From IMG/VR virus record IMGVR_UViG_3300030372_004155: a DNA stretch of 64,000 bases; one strand, given 5' to 3'. The DNA comes from an uncultured virus (IMG/VR IMGVR_UViG_3300030372_004155). Lineage: Duplodnaviria; Heunggongvirae; Uroviricota; Caudoviricetes. Position numbers and translations under genes: made by a program. The notes beneath the pieces were generated by a model. That model worked only from the letters and a program-made list of their open reading frames with translations, searched no databases and was not told where the DNA came from. This document shows positions 39,764 to 50,957 of the stretch, in pieces. Numbering within the stretch: position 1 is the first letter of the stretch; every line of letters begins with the position of its first letter.

Positions 39764-41394
39764 TAGTAAGATCCTCCATCGATTAATCCAGCAGTTAATG
39801 TTCCAGTAACATTAGCAGTTGCTGCAGTTAAAATACCAGCAACATTTAAAGTATCGGTAATATCAACTCCAGAAGAACTAGTTTCCAGACGTTTTATATC
39901 ATTATAAAATATAGATACAGACCCACCATCAACAGCTAAAAGGTAATCCTCACTATGATTTTGGGTTTGTAATCTTATATCATTACCAGCAATTCTAAAT
40001 TGCCCTGTTTCATTTCTTATAGTACTATTTCCACTCTGGTGGAATAGTTTCATATCACCGCCTGATGCACTACCAAATACTAATTGGGCACTGTCATCAA
40101 ACTTAAACTTACTTGTTGCTTGATCCCATAGAATATTATATGCAGCACCAGGGAATTGTACATCATCATTGAATGTAGTAATACCAGCAGTTACAACTAT
40201 TCCACCAGTGGTAACTCTAAGTCCCTTTCCAGCAGTAACAATTCCAACAGAATCAATATTTGTTACATCTTCTTTTGTTAATGTTCCTGCAATAGAAACA
40301 TTACCGTCAAATTTAGCATCTCCTACAAATGTAGAAAGACCTGATACATACACCGTATCAAGTTCACTGTGTCCAGTAACATCTATTCCAGAATCAGCAT
40401 CAACTAAAGAAGTGAATGTAGTGACACCAGCAACACTTAAAGTTCCACGTAAGGTAGAAATACCAGTTACATCTAAATTTCTAGTGGTAACATCTTCACC
40501 AATCTTACCTTCACCGCCTGTAAATAAATCACCACTTAGATATAAATCTCCAGTGATCGTAGCACCATAACCAGCAATCTCTAATCTCTTACCAGTACCA
40601 GCACCTCCCCAATAAAGATCTATACCCCCGGTAGTATCAAATACAGCACTATTTGTACCAAGAGTTGAATTTTCAAGAACTATATTACCAGCACCTATTA
40701 ATTTAAGATCACCTGTACCTGCATCAGTAATGAAACTGTTAACTGAGTCGTGAAATATTTGTAGATCTGCTCCATCTCCCAATAATATTTTATCATTATC
40801 TCCAAATATTGCAGAAGAACCAAAACTTACAGGACTAGAAAATGTAGATACTCCAGTTACATTTACTGTACCCAGAGTAGAAATACCAACTACATTTAAG
40901 GTCGCTGCAGATGAAATACCAAGAGTTGAAATACCAGTTATATTAAGATTTCTACCATTAACTTCATCATATGTAATATCATCCTTAACATATAAATCAC
41001 CACCAACATATAAATCTCCACCAGTGGTAGTAATTCCTCCATTAGCAGCTAGAGTTGTAATTCCACTAGATCTTAAATTTCTAGTATCAATATCCGTACC
41101 AAAAATAGTATCTCCAACTTGAAGAGTACCACCAATAGTAACATTACCGGCCGCATATAAATTACTATTAAAAGTAGCTATACCAATAAAAGTTGATAAA
41201 CCTGTGATACGAAGAGTATCCGAAACCCGAAGGGATTGTATAGTAGAAATACCAGACGAATCTAATTGTGTTACTGATGCTATTCCACCAATAACATTGG
41301 TCGCAGTATCGGCAAACAGAGCATTACCACCAGATGCACTGGAGAGTACTTTAATTGCATTCTGAGCACCTACTCTAACCTTTATATCTGGCAT
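39763..41394 (-). CDS. Fibre-like virion protein with LxVxG[IVL][ST]T[LF] repeats
   Basis: About 12 short beta repeats, two F.D..K/Q...G...DL/M..FH modules and a C-terminal IDGGSY; occupies the whisker/fibre position upstream of gp13. Confidence 0.7.
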   Translation of the reverse strand: MPDIKVRVGAQNAIKVLSSASGGNALFADTATNVIGGIASVTQLDSSGISTIQSLRVSDTLRITGLSTFIGIATFNSNLYAAGNVTIGGTLQVGDTIFGTDIDTRNLRSSGITTLAANGGITTTGGDLYVGGDLYVKDDITYDEVNGRNLNITGISTLGISSAATLNVVGISTLGTVNVTGVSTFSSPVSFGSSAIFGDNDKILLGDGADLQIFHDSVNSFITDAGTGDLKLIGAGNIVLENSTLGTNSAVFDTTGGIDLYWGGAGTGKRLEIAGYGATITGDLYLSGDLFTGGEGKIGEDVTTRNLDVTGISTLRGTLSVAGVTTFTSLVDADSGIDVTGHSELDTVYVSGLSTFVGDAKFDGNVSIAGTLTKEDVTNIDSVGIVTAGKGLRVTTGGIVVTAGITTFNDDVQFPGAAYNILWDQATSKFKFDDSAQLVFGSASGGDMKLFHQSGNSTIRNETGQFRIAGNDIRLQTQNHSEDYLLAVDGGSVSIFYNDIKRLETSSSGVDITDTLNVAGILTAATANVTGTLTAGLIDGGSY

Positions 41395-41735
41395 TATCTT
41401 GTTACCCCTTCCCTTACAAGAACCATTCCTTCAACAACTGTTTCCGTTATGGAACCTTTGGTAATTAAGATATTATAAACCTGCCTTCCTGCTGGTAATT
41501 CAGCAGTTTGAGCCGCCGTCAACCCTATTTCTATTACTCCTGCTGTAGGAGGACTAGTAATAGTCGCAGTAAAAGTAGTTGCTGTAGAACTACCCGCCCA
41601 TTTTCTCATTTGAGAACTAGCAGTGTAACCCGTCAAATCCAATGGAGCATTGGTATTCGTAGCTTCTAAATTAAATGTTTGTGTAAAAGTACTTCCCGTA
41701 TTGATTACAAGATTACTAACATATACGGCCGCCAT
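41394..41735 (-). CDS. Small virion adaptor-like protein, possibly BppU-like
   Basis: NLVIN.G.TF...F, PLDLTGYTA.SQMRK, L.A.QT..L..GR.VY and VVEG.V.VR.GVT. Confidence 0.7.
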   Translation of the reverse strand: MAAVYVSNLVINTGSTFTQTFNLEATNTNAPLDLTGYTASSQMRKWAGSSTATTFTATITSPPTAGVIEIGLTAAQTAELPAGRQVYNILITKGSITETVVEGMVLVREGVTR

Positions 41736-41759
41736 ATAGTCTCACAAGAACCTTATTAG

Positions 41760-41963
41760 TTATTTATATTTCGCTTCAACAAGCTCTTTTAAAAGACCTT
41801 TTATTTCATTAATATCTTCTTTCATTTTGTTAATCTCATTCTTTTCATTCTCTATTGAGGCAATTGTATTTAATCTGGAATGATATGCAGAAGTATCTGT
41901 ATTAATGATAGCTCCTGTTTTTTCATCCCGATATAAATGAGAATATCCTTTAACTTTAATCAT
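41760..41963 (-). CDS. Small conserved hypothetical protein
   Basis: VKG...LYRD..TGAIIN.D followed by a coiled coil. Confidence 0.75.
   Translation of the reverse strand: MIKVKGYSHLYRDEKTGAIINTDTSAYHSRLNTIASIENEKNEINKMKEDINEIKGLLKELVEAKYK
41761..41768 (-). promoter_or_regulatory. Late promoter TATAAATA
   Basis: Exact consensus upstream of the ORF starting at 41735. Confidence 0.8.
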
Positions 41964-44900
41964 CTGACTGCGATTGAACGAAGTTCTCTAATTTTAGGAA
42001 CATCTGCTTGATTAGTTCCTGCCATTATTATTTTAATAGAATATCCTACAAATTCACCTAAATTATTTGCAGTAAACTGATATTCTAAATATTGATCCTC
42101 TAAACTTGCGGGAACAAAAGCATCAGGTTTACCATCATTATTAGATGGATCAATTACTAAATCACCAAATCCATTACCCGTAGAATCAGTCAAATTGTCA
42201 TATCCAGGGAACAATTCAAATTCTTCTAAAGCTTCAGACACATCGGTAGTTCTTCTTAATGAATAAAGAACTCTAATATCCGATGAAGCACCTCTATATG
42301 CTGAGAAAATTACTTTTAAGGAATCTGCTGGATTATCTAAAGAAATAGGACTAGAAACATAAATTGCACTATTAGGATCAAAAAGTGGAGAATTTACAGA
42401 ATCAGTCTTAGCATAATTAGAAACTGGATTATTTATCCTATTAGATCTAAATTCAGTAAATGCAATATCTGTAAAAATTATTGGAGATACATTTTCATGA
42501 CCACTTGCTAATGTAATCGCTGTTGTAAATGATTTATTCCTTTCAATATTTGTCAAATACGTAGTTTCATTTATCTTAGAACACACAACTCTAGGTGTTG
42601 TAAAAGTATTTAATGTGTTGAGTTGAACAGGAGAAAAACCTTGATCTACAAATGAGGTTTCTGTTCCATCAACACTAGTTCCACTTACAGTTCTAACAGT
42701 TGCAGTAGCAGCCGTTATTGCTGATGGAGTGAATACATTATAACTAGGAATTATAGAATCATATTGAATATTTCGAGTACCAGTTGCATTAGATCCACCA
42801 AAGAATCCTTCACTCTCAAATGATAAAGCTGGTATATTATCTGCTAATTCATCAACAGATCTATTTCTTCCCATAGTTGCAGCAAAACCAACATAATAAT
42901 TATCTAAATCAATACCAAAAGAAGAAATATCATGTTGGGTATTTATTCTTCTGAGAGAAACACCATTAAGTTCATATTTTTCCACTGTTGAATTTGAATT
43001 ATAAGGAATGGATAATGTGGAATCTACTCCTCTTGTAAGAGATTCTAAAATTCCTGCACCAACTGATTCATATCCAATAATTTCATCACCAATTCTTGCA
43101 TATCCAGTATTAGCAGCTCCTACAGGAATACCTTCAAAGGTGTTAAAATCAGGACTTTGTGTAGATCCCACACTAATTGTAAGATCCGAAGTTGTAAAAT
43201 CGGTATTAAGTACAGTTGTATCCAAATTACTTTTAATATCATTCAATATAAGAACATTTTGATTAGAATGCATACCATGATCAAATTCATTTACTTTAAT
43301 ATGTGTTCCATCATTAGGAACAGCATCTGCAACTAAATTGGTAAGAAGTTTTTGATTAGTATTTTTAATAACACCTGCATTATCATAATACCTCAAATCT
43401 TCATTAAATTTAAATCCACCAGTTGCATTTGTTCCTTGTATTCCTGAAAGATACAATGTATCAATACCACCATTATCACTAATTCTTATTAATGCACCCT
43501 CACCAATATTTCCAGTCATATCAGATGTAGTAAGGCCTACAATATCACCTCCAGTATATCCTGTTCCCACATTTTCAGTTCCAAATCCAGTAATTGAACC
43601 ATTAGCATCAACTGTAAGATTATTCAATTGATATCCTGCACCTTTACCTACTATATTAAATGTATTAACAGTTCCGACGGTTGCCTCATAACCAAAGCCA
43701 CCTGTAACAATTCCACTTGCACCTGCAACTGAACATCCAGTACCCACCACATAAGCAATAACCCCATCATTACTATGTCCAACAATTTTTCTACCTGGAG
43801 TGAAAGTTGTAATACCACTATTACCTGTTATGAGAGTTGTGATACCTATTTGTCCTGTTTTAGGAAGAGTAATTATTGCATTATCTTCCAATGTAGGAAC
43901 ATATCCATTACTTTGATTTAAAGTAGGATTTGCAAAATATGCAGTTCCAGTAGTAGAAGTAAAGTTTGCTTTATATAACTTAAATTTTAAATCTTCTGTT
44001 TGAGAAGGTGTCCAAATAGATCCATTCTGAGACTTGAATAAACTACCTAGAGCCCATTGTTGATTGTACTGTATAGCAGATACGTTAGGAAGACTTTGTA
44101 TATTAACAGCATCTTCACCCATCCTAGCAATCCATACATCGTAAGCATTACTTGTGGGTGCAAGAAGAACAATAGCATATTCTCTTCCTGGTGCTAGATA
44201 GATAGGTTCTGGAAACTTAACATTAGTAGCAACAGATCCATCAGTTGAAGTAGTAATGTCTTCAGACGGTACAACCACAGGGGTTCCTAATAATCTTCTT
44301 GTAGGAATACCTAATTGAACTGTTCTAATTTGTACCGTTACACTACTATTTCCAGCGACTCCATTTGAATCTTGATCTCTATTTCCAAAGAATAAATCAA
44401 CAGAAGTTATAGTAACTCCATTATCATCACCTTCAACTCCTGCTGTACCTGGTGCTTCAATATTACCACCAACAGTAAATGATTGAGCTAAAGGATCTTC
44501 ATCATCCGCAATAACAGGAACTAACTCACGAGTATTAGTTGTTATTGTAGTATTAACAGTCTGTATTTGGTTGACAATAAATGTTCCTCTTGATTCATAG
44601 TTAGATTGAGCACTTGAAATTATTTTACTACCTCGTAAAGGTGTAGTATTATTAGCATCACTACTAAGTCTATAAACCTTTCTTCCAGTTTCAATCCTAA
44701 CCATAGGTGCAGGATCGGCATATGGATCTTGTAAGAAGAATGAACCAATTACATCTCCATAACGATCTGATTTTAATCTTAAATCTTTAACATATGCAAC
44801 TGCTCCATCCTCTTGACCAACCAATCTCATTCCCTGAGTGACATATCCACTATATAATCCTTGTGCTTCATTAGAAAGTGCTAATGTATCTACATTTAAT

Positions 44901-47900
44901 ATGGGAGATGAAGAAGTGTATTCACTTTGCAAAACTTCTTGGGTATATGGATCATTATCAAATACCCTAGTTGGTGCATTAAATGGACCTTCTTTATGAT
45001 TAGATGCAGCAACTCTGAATGAAATAGCTTCTTGATCATCAATATAACCTATTACCGTTTCTCCAACTTTAAAAGTACCTACAGATCCAGAGTTTACTAA
45101 TGTATTGTCACTAGCAATTTCTAATAATTTAGGAATAAAGGAAACATCAGAATTACCATCAAAGAATTGATAATATCTTGTTTGGGGTTTTAAATCAGCA
45201 GCACTAAATTGAGTATTTCTAGACCTCATAAATTCATCATCACCACTATTAACTATTACATCACTACTTCTAGTTTGTATTTCAGTAGTAGTAATCGTTC
45301 TAGTTGGACGATTATCTCTTCGACGGCCAAAAAGAACACGGAAGAACCATCTTCTTCTGTTTAAAGGAGGAACGTTATCAACCTCTCTTGTTTCACTTGC
45401 TTCACTAACACTTTCATCTAATCGTATAGTTCTTACCCAACTATCACTTGAAGGAGATAAAGTAATACTACCTCTATAAGAGACTACATGGAAAGGATTG
45501 ACATTTTCCACTCTTGTTGCATATGATTGCTCAAGCCACTCAACTTCTTCATAATTTAAAGTTACTGCATTTCCAGTTTTTCTAACATTAGGATCTAACA
45601 ACTCATAATTTGTACCAGAATCAAATTCTTCATCAATTATGTTAGATGCTGGTAAAAGTTGACTTTGAAGACTATTTCTGGCAATAATAGGTCTTATTTC
45701 TCCTCTTTCCGTATCAACATCTATAGAAGAAAAATTATAATTAACAAAATCATCATTAATAAAACTATCTACAAAGAATCCACTTTTAAATCTATTTCTT
45801 CCATTCACATCTTCAATTCTTAAAGCTTCAGTACTTACTTCAAGAAGTGAAAGGGTAGTAACTTCCTCTAAATTTTCAATACGATCTTCTAGAAGACCAA
45901 TATCTCTCATCGTATATCTTCTATTATCAGTTAATGTAATTTGTGCATCTCTTGGATTATACAAATATGGGGGCAAAATAAGTGTTGCCAACTCCATTGA
46001 GTTGTTAATATTTACAGGAGGTTGAGGTATAGGATCTGATTGTCCCTTTTGTAATGTTAATACCCCAAATTCATTCAAATAAATTTTATCAATTCTCCCA
46101 AGATAATAATCATAACCTAATATAGTACTTCCATTAGGTGATAATAAGAATTTAGGAGTGGTATTGAAAGGAGTAGTTCTAGATGAAAACGCAAAGGGTG
46201 AAGATGATGTACCACTAAAAACAGGAACTCTTGGTCTAAAATCAAGAGTATCAGTTGCTCTTACTCTAGAAGGTCCAATTAATGGAATATCTTTTTTATA
46301 TCTATCTTTCCCATAGCTAAGGACTGTAAATACATCACCAGTATCATTAGATGGTACTGTATAACAATCATAAACAATTAATAATCTTTTAGATGGAATA
46401 GATGAACTACTCTTTCTAATTATTCTAGAATAATCGTAATACTGATCTCTTTGACCCTTATCTAACGTAAACGATTTTGAAATGTTTTGATATTGTGCAT
46501 CTGTATCAGATGTATTAATACCATCAATATTTGTTATAATATTAGATTCTTTAAATTCTACATTCTCTAAATTAGTAAATACTTTATCATTTAAATATAC
46601 AATTCCTAATTTATTAGCTCCACCAGAAGATGGACTGGAGGTATTATTTGTTACTACTCTTGCAATAGCCTTAGAAGATTGACCTACAATATTTTCTCCA
46701 ATAATTGCATTAGTTGCAACATTAGCAGTTGCATTAAATGAAACTGTATCAAATGTAGGTTGACCCCCATTAATAGACTCATAAACTGCTAATACCCTTA
46801 TAACATCAGGTACATTTAAAGATAATTCTTCATCCTGTACTCTTAAACCGTAAGCCACACTATTAGGAGTTAATCCATCATTAATAGATGTATTTGGATC
46901 GGTTCCCGATTGTTCTAATCTAGATAAAGTTACATCAAGTAATTTACTTTTTTCATAATTTTTTACTTTACTTTGAATACCTTGTTTCTTTGCTGTAACA
47001 TTAACAAGAGTTCCTGCAGAATCATCAGTTAATCCAGTAAATGATGCCTTAAATCCTCCACTATTCAAATCATTATAACTATCAGAACTTACTGTACCCA
47101 CTCCATTTGAAGCAGTTCCATAATGTATAGAAAATCTACTTACTCCATAAGAATCAAAAAACGCCGTTGAAATTCCAGCTCCACTTCCATCCTTTACATC
47201 ATCAATACTTACCGTGGCAGCTGATCCAACCACACTCTGACTTGTTATTTGAGCAGAAATATTAAGAGATGAAGATAAAAGATCTACAGAAGATATATTA
47301 GGCTCAGGTAATAATTCATATAAAGGGGCTGTATCATCTTTAGTCCATAGTTGTGCTATTCGCAATCTAGCATCTGCAAATGTAGCATTTTGTACAGTTC
47401 CATTATAAACTCCAGCAACACCACCAGAATCTTGCATATTACCCACTTGGAATGATCTTGCATCAGGAGCAATAGATGTAATTTTATTGTAAGTAGGAAC
47501 CTCTGCATTAGATGCATTATATGAAATAACATCTCCAACCTTAATACCACTAAAAGGTATTGAAGTACCGCATGTTACTGTAGTACCAGAAATTGATATA
47601 TCCCTAAGACCACCAGGAAGTGATACTGGATTAAGTGATGAATCTGCAGTAAAATCTTGAAGATATGGTGCAACTGCAGTTTGTTTTACAGATCTAATAT
47701 CATTGGGATTATAATTAATTGTTTCTTGAACGGTTCTTGTAGTATTAGTAACTCCATTAATACTAAGTTGTTCTCCTACAATAAATTCACCTGAAGTTTG
47801 AGTCAAATAAATCACAGTAGAACCACTACCAGCAGCAGTAACATATCCTGTAGCATTGCTACTCAATCCTCTAATAATTGCAGTTGCTGGTAATTCTGTA

Positions 47901-49324
47901 GCACTAACAGTAGTGGTTAAAGTAATTTTAGTATATGTATTAACATCATAAAGATAAAGATTCCATTCACTAGAAGGACCTTTATATGAAGAATCTTTTG
48001 AGTTAAAAGAATATAATCTTGCCTCACCAATTAATGTAGCACTACCAGTTGTTCCACTATTATCCAATAGGTCATCATATAAATTAATCACTTTTCTATA
48101 TTGAGGTTGACCAAAAACATTATTAACTACTATACGATTCCCCATTTCAAAATTAACATTAGATGCACCCACTGTTCTAGTATCTCTAGGTTTATCAGCA
48201 TCTAAAATAGTTAAAGAATCTGTGGTTACTGAATAACCATTAACATAAGCTTCCCCACCAGAAATTTTCAAACACATTAAATCATCAGAAGGTGTATTTC
48301 CTTGTTCTGTTTTTTCTCCACTAAAATATATTCCACCATTTCCTAATCTATCATTTAAAGAATCTACTAGAGATATACTAAAAGGATCTATAGCATAATT
48401 TCCCGATTCTTCATAAGTTCTTTCTGCTAAATAATCTCTAATTAAATTATAATCTGTTTTATTTTTAACTTTTCTAATTTGACCCTTATTTATTCTTAAA
48501 ATTTCAAAGAAATCTTGATCATTTTTATCGTCTAATAATTTTTTAGTAAGAGTTAAAGTAATTTTTAATCTATCTGCACCAGGTGCGGCAAAATTGGTAA
48601 ATCCAGACGCATTATCATAAAGGGATGGATCATCTTTTGCACTAATTATTTGCTCATCAATTTTTAATCCTACTCTATAAGAAGGGGTATTAGTATAATA
48701 GTCTAAAATAAGTGTCTGACTACTAACGTTTACAAAAGTTCCTCTAATAAAATAAACACCTTCAGATACAAAGGCCGCTGAACCTATAGCAGTTGCATTA
48801 GTAGATATTAAAGTTACAACTCCAGTACCAGCACTAATAGTTGTATTACCATAAACAATATTTTCTTGGCTAAATAATACTTCCCCATCAATAAACTCAA
48901 CTATTGTAGAATCTGTAGAACCACTATTTAAATATTTTACATATATCGTTAAATCTTCTACCTCATTTCCGTTTGGTAATACAACAAAATCTACTTCGGC
49001 AGTAACACCAGAACTTTGACCTTCTAAAATTTTACCTACCAATTGATCAGTATATAAGGAAATATCAATTCCAAATTGAGTTGGGTTAAGTTTGACGGCA
49101 TAATAAGCACTATCAAAAGTAGGAGCACCCGGAATTACAATAGACCCTTCCTTAAAGATATGACTACCAAACGTCTCTATTTGATTTTGAGCAATAGATT
49201 GAAGATTGGTTAGTTCTCTTGCTTGAACTGGAAATCCTGGTTTAAATAAAACCTTGTAAAAATTATTACTGGGATCAAAGTCATCATAGTAAGGACTTAT
49301 ATTTAAATCTTTTGCTTGTGCCAT
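41960..49324 (-). CDS. Large VrlC-like / DUF4815-type baseplate or virion structural protein (2454 aa)
   Basis: N-terminal PYYDDFD...YKVLFKPG.PVQARELT, APGADRL, RYTMRDIG.LE.RI.NLE, RFKSGFFVD.F and DPLAQSF. Confidence 0.85.
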   Translation of the reverse strand: MAQAKDLNISPYYDDFDPSNNFYKVLFKPGFPVQARELTNLQSIAQNQIETFGSHIFKEGSIVIPGAPTFDSAYYAVKLNPTQFGIDISLYTDQLVGKILEGQSSGVTAEVDFVVLPNGNEVEDLTIYVKYLNSGSTDSTIVEFIDGEVLFSQENIVYGNTTISAGTGVVTLISTNATAIGSAAFVSEGVYFIRGTFVNVSSQTLILDYYTNTPSYRVGLKIDEQIISAKDDPSLYDNASGFTNFAAPGADRLKITLTLTKKLLDDKNDQDFFEILRINKGQIRKVKNKTDYNLIRDYLAERTYEESGNYAIDPFSISLVDSLNDRLGNGGIYFSGEKTEQGNTPSDDLMCLKISGGEAYVNGYSVTTDSLTILDADKPRDTRTVGASNVNFEMGNRIVVNNVFGQPQYRKVINLYDDLLDNSGTTGSATLIGEARLYSFNSKDSSYKGPSSEWNLYLYDVNTYTKITLTTTVSATELPATAIIRGLSSNATGYVTAAGSGSTVIYLTQTSGEFIVGEQLSINGVTNTTRTVQETINYNPNDIRSVKQTAVAPYLQDFTADSSLNPVSLPGGLRDISISGTTVTCGTSIPFSGIKVGDVISYNASNAEVPTYNKITSIAPDARSFQVGNMQDSGGVAGVYNGTVQNATFADARLRIAQLWTKDDTAPLYELLPEPNISSVDLLSSSLNISAQITSQSVVGSAATVSIDDVKDGSGAGISTAFFDSYGVSRFSIHYGTASNGVGTVSSDSYNDLNSGGFKASFTGLTDDSAGTLVNVTAKKQGIQSKVKNYEKSKLLDVTLSRLEQSGTDPNTSINDGLTPNSVAYGLRVQDEELSLNVPDVIRVLAVYESINGGQPTFDTVSFNATANVATNAIIGENIVGQSSKAIARVVTNNTSSPSSGGANKLGIVYLNDKVFTNLENVEFKESNIITNIDGINTSDTDAQYQNISKSFTLDKGQRDQYYDYSRIIRKSSSSIPSKRLLIVYDCYTVPSNDTGDVFTVLSYGKDRYKKDIPLIGPSRVRATDTLDFRPRVPVFSGTSSSPFAFSSRTTPFNTTPKFLLSPNGSTILGYDYYLGRIDKIYLNEFGVLTLQKGQSDPIPQPPVNINNSMELATLILPPYLYNPRDAQITLTDNRRYTMRDIGLLEDRIENLEEVTTLSLLEVSTEALRIEDVNGRNRFKSGFFVDSFINDDFVNYNFSSIDVDTERGEIRPIIARNSLQSQLLPASNIIDEEFDSGTNYELLDPNVRKTGNAVTLNYEEVEWLEQSYATRVENVNPFHVVSYRGSITLSPSSDSWVRTIRLDESVSEASETREVDNVPPLNRRRWFFRVLFGRRRDNRPTRTITTTEIQTRSSDVIVNSGDDEFMRSRNTQFSAADLKPQTRYYQFFDGNSDVSFIPKLLEIASDNTLVNSGSVGTFKVGETVIGYIDDQEAISFRVAASNHKEGPFNAPTRVFDNDPYTQEVLQSEYTSSSPILNVDTLALSNEAQGLYSGYVTQGMRLVGQEDGAVAYVKDLRLKSDRYGDVIGSFFLQDPYADPAPMVRIETGRKVYRLSSDANNTTPLRGSKIISSAQSNYESRGTFIVNQIQTVNTTITTNTRELVPVIADDEDPLAQSFTVGGNIEAPGTAGVEGDDNGVTITSVDLFFGNRDQDSNGVAGNSSVTVQIRTVQLGIPTRRLLGTPVVVPSEDITTSTDGSVATNVKFPEPIYLAPGREYAIVLLAPTSNAYDVWIARMGEDAVNIQSLPNVSAIQYNQQWALGSLFKSQNGSIWTPSQTEDLKFKLYKANFTSTTGTAYFANPTLNQSNGYVPTLEDNAIITLPKTGQIGITTLITGNSGITTFTPGRKIVGHSNDGVIAYVVGTGCSVAGASGIVTGGFGYEATVGTVNTFNIVGKGAGYQLNNLTVDANGSITGFGTENVGTGYTGGDIVGLTTSDMTGNIGEGALIRISDNGGIDTLYLSGIQGTNATGGFKFNEDLRYYDNAGVIKNTNQKLLTNLVADAVPNDGTHIKVNEFDHGMHSNQNVLILNDIKSNLDTTVLNTDFTTSDLTISVGSTQSPDFNTFEGIPVGAANTGYARIGDEIIGYESVGAGILESLTRGVDSTLSIPYNSNSTVEKYELNGVSLRRINTQHDISSFGIDLDNYYVGFAATMGRNRSVDELADNIPALSFESEGFFGGSNATGTRNIQYDSIIPSYNVFTPSAITAATATVRTVSGTSVDGTETSFVDQGFSPVQLNTLNTFTTPRVVCSKINETTYLTNIERNKSFTTAITLASGHENVSPIIFTDIAFTEFRSNRINNPVSNYAKTDSVNSPLFDPNSAIYVSSPISLDNPADSLKVIFSAYRGASSDIRVLYSLRRTTDVSEALEEFELFPGYDNLTDSTGNGFGDLVIDPSNNDGKPDAFVPASLEDQYLEYQFTANNLGEFVGYSIKIIMAGTNQADVPKIRELRSIAVR

Positions 49325-49330
49325 GTTTCT

Positions 49331-50920
49331 TTAGAATTCCAGAATAATTTTAATGTCTTCTTTTTGTCGTATATTACGGGTAACCTCTTCTCTATTGTCA
49401 ATATAAAGAATGTTCCCAGATGTTTTATTTATCTCTGAATCCGCAAGACCAGCTGTAAAATAAACTCCCAAATCAATTTCTTTTAATCCTGAAGTCATTG
49501 TACGACCTGTAAAAGCAGTGGCAACATTAACATCATCTACCCCCACAAATGTAATAACAGAACTGGAAGATTCAAAAGATAAAACTTTAGAATCTGAAGA
49601 AACCTCTTTATAATCTGTTTGATCTCCTGTTGTTGGATTAAAATATAATGAACGATCTTGATAATACTTAAGAACACTAGTCTCTTTATCATAAGAGGCA
49701 ATATATCCTTTAGCTGTTCCACCAGTTACAACTTGTTGTATTTTAGAACCAATAGCGGGAGTAGAAGACCAATATCCCGTTCCTCCTTCAGTATCACCAT
49801 CATCTAATTTTATAGCTCCTAAAGAAGAATATTCACTAGATGTGTAGGTAGATCCCAGAGAAGTGTAAGTTGATGGATTCTTTACAATTCCAACTTGTGC
49901 AAATTTTGTACTTATTGGAAAATCTTTAGTTGAATCATCAAATCTTGCATATACCAAAACCCTATCAGCACCTAATTCTTTATAAATGTCATATCCATGA
50001 CCTCTTGAAGGTGGAATGATAACAATTAAATCTGCAAATGTGGTAGGAACACCAGCTGGTTGAGCCTCACCTAAATCTACTACACCATAAGTATATCCAC
50101 TTCCACCTGCCGTTATGACTGCAGATGTAATTTTACCACCAGCAACAGTTATGGAAGCTTTAGCACCTGTACCATCACCCAATATATCTACATTATAAGG
50201 TCCTCCATTTTTATATCCATCTCCCGCATTTTTAATGTATATTGTTTTTATTTGATTAAAATTAACTGTGGAATCACCTGCTTCTCTAACACTTTGTATT
50301 TGTGAATTGGTTGTTGTTTCCCAATTATTAGGAACCACAATATATTCAGTAGAATCAAATTTAATAATATCACTGGGAGATACTGAAAAAAGATACTTCC
50401 AAACATAACCATCAGCACCTGCAGAAAATGGTTCTAAATCTGTAGACGTTGGTTCAAACTTAGAATTGACCCCATCCAAATCTTCACCAGAAGATCCATT
50501 GCTTATACAAATATAAACATTAAAATCACTATTAATTACATAATAATTTGCATCATATAATCTTGCAGTATCTGAAACTGGAGCTTTATTGTTAATACTA
50601 TAATCTTGCCTATACATGTCATAAGCAGTATTAACTTTCCATTCTACTTTCCTTACAACTCTTCTAATATTAGTACTATTAATCTTTTTTCCAAAAAGAG
50701 ATGTACTTCCATATTGCCATTCATAACTGAAATTATCAATGGGATTAGGAGGACCAGAAGCAGCAGTATTCCAATCTGAGGTTCTACCAAAACCAGGGTT
50801 TGGTGTTGTAGGATTACTTAAGCCTAGAAATACATAATAAGAATTATTAGTATCTAGTACAGAATCTACAAAATTACCAGCGTTAGTTATTCTAAATTGA
50901 TCTGTGACTACAGCAGACAT
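49331..50920 (-). CDS. gp8: Baseplate wedge protein gp8
   Basis: MSA.VTDQFRI, YDMYR.DY, VYICI.NG, DGYVWKYLF and QKEDIKIILEF. Confidence 0.92.
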   Translation of the reverse strand: MSAVVTDQFRITNAGNFVDSVLDTNNSYYVFLGLSNPTTPNPGFGRTSDWNTAASGPPNPIDNFSYEWQYGSTSLFGKKINSTNIRRVVRKVEWKVNTAYDMYRQDYSINNKAPVSDTARLYDANYYVINSDFNVYICISNGSSGEDLDGVNSKFEPTSTDLEPFSAGADGYVWKYLFSVSPSDIIKFDSTEYIVVPNNWETTTNSQIQSVREAGDSTVNFNQIKTIYIKNAGDGYKNGGPYNVDILGDGTGAKASITVAGGKITSAVITAGGSGYTYGVVDLGEAQPAGVPTTFADLIVIIPPSRGHGYDIYKELGADRVLVYARFDDSTKDFPISTKFAQVGIVKNPSTYTSLGSTYTSSEYSSLGAIKLDDGDTEGGTGYWSSTPAIGSKIQQVVTGGTAKGYIASYDKETSVLKYYQDRSLYFNPTTGDQTDYKEVSSDSKVLSFESSSSVITFVGVDDVNVATAFTGRTMTSGLKEIDLGVYFTAGLADSEINKTSGNILYIDNREEVTRNIRQKEDIKIILEF

Positions 50921-50937
50921 ATTAATTAGTTTTTAGG

Positions 50938-50945
50938 TATTTATA
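50938..50945 (-). promoter_or_regulatory. Late promoter TATAAATA (gp8)
   Basis: Exact consensus in the intergenic gap. Confidence 0.85.
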
Positions 50946-50957
50946 AGAGTATTATGA

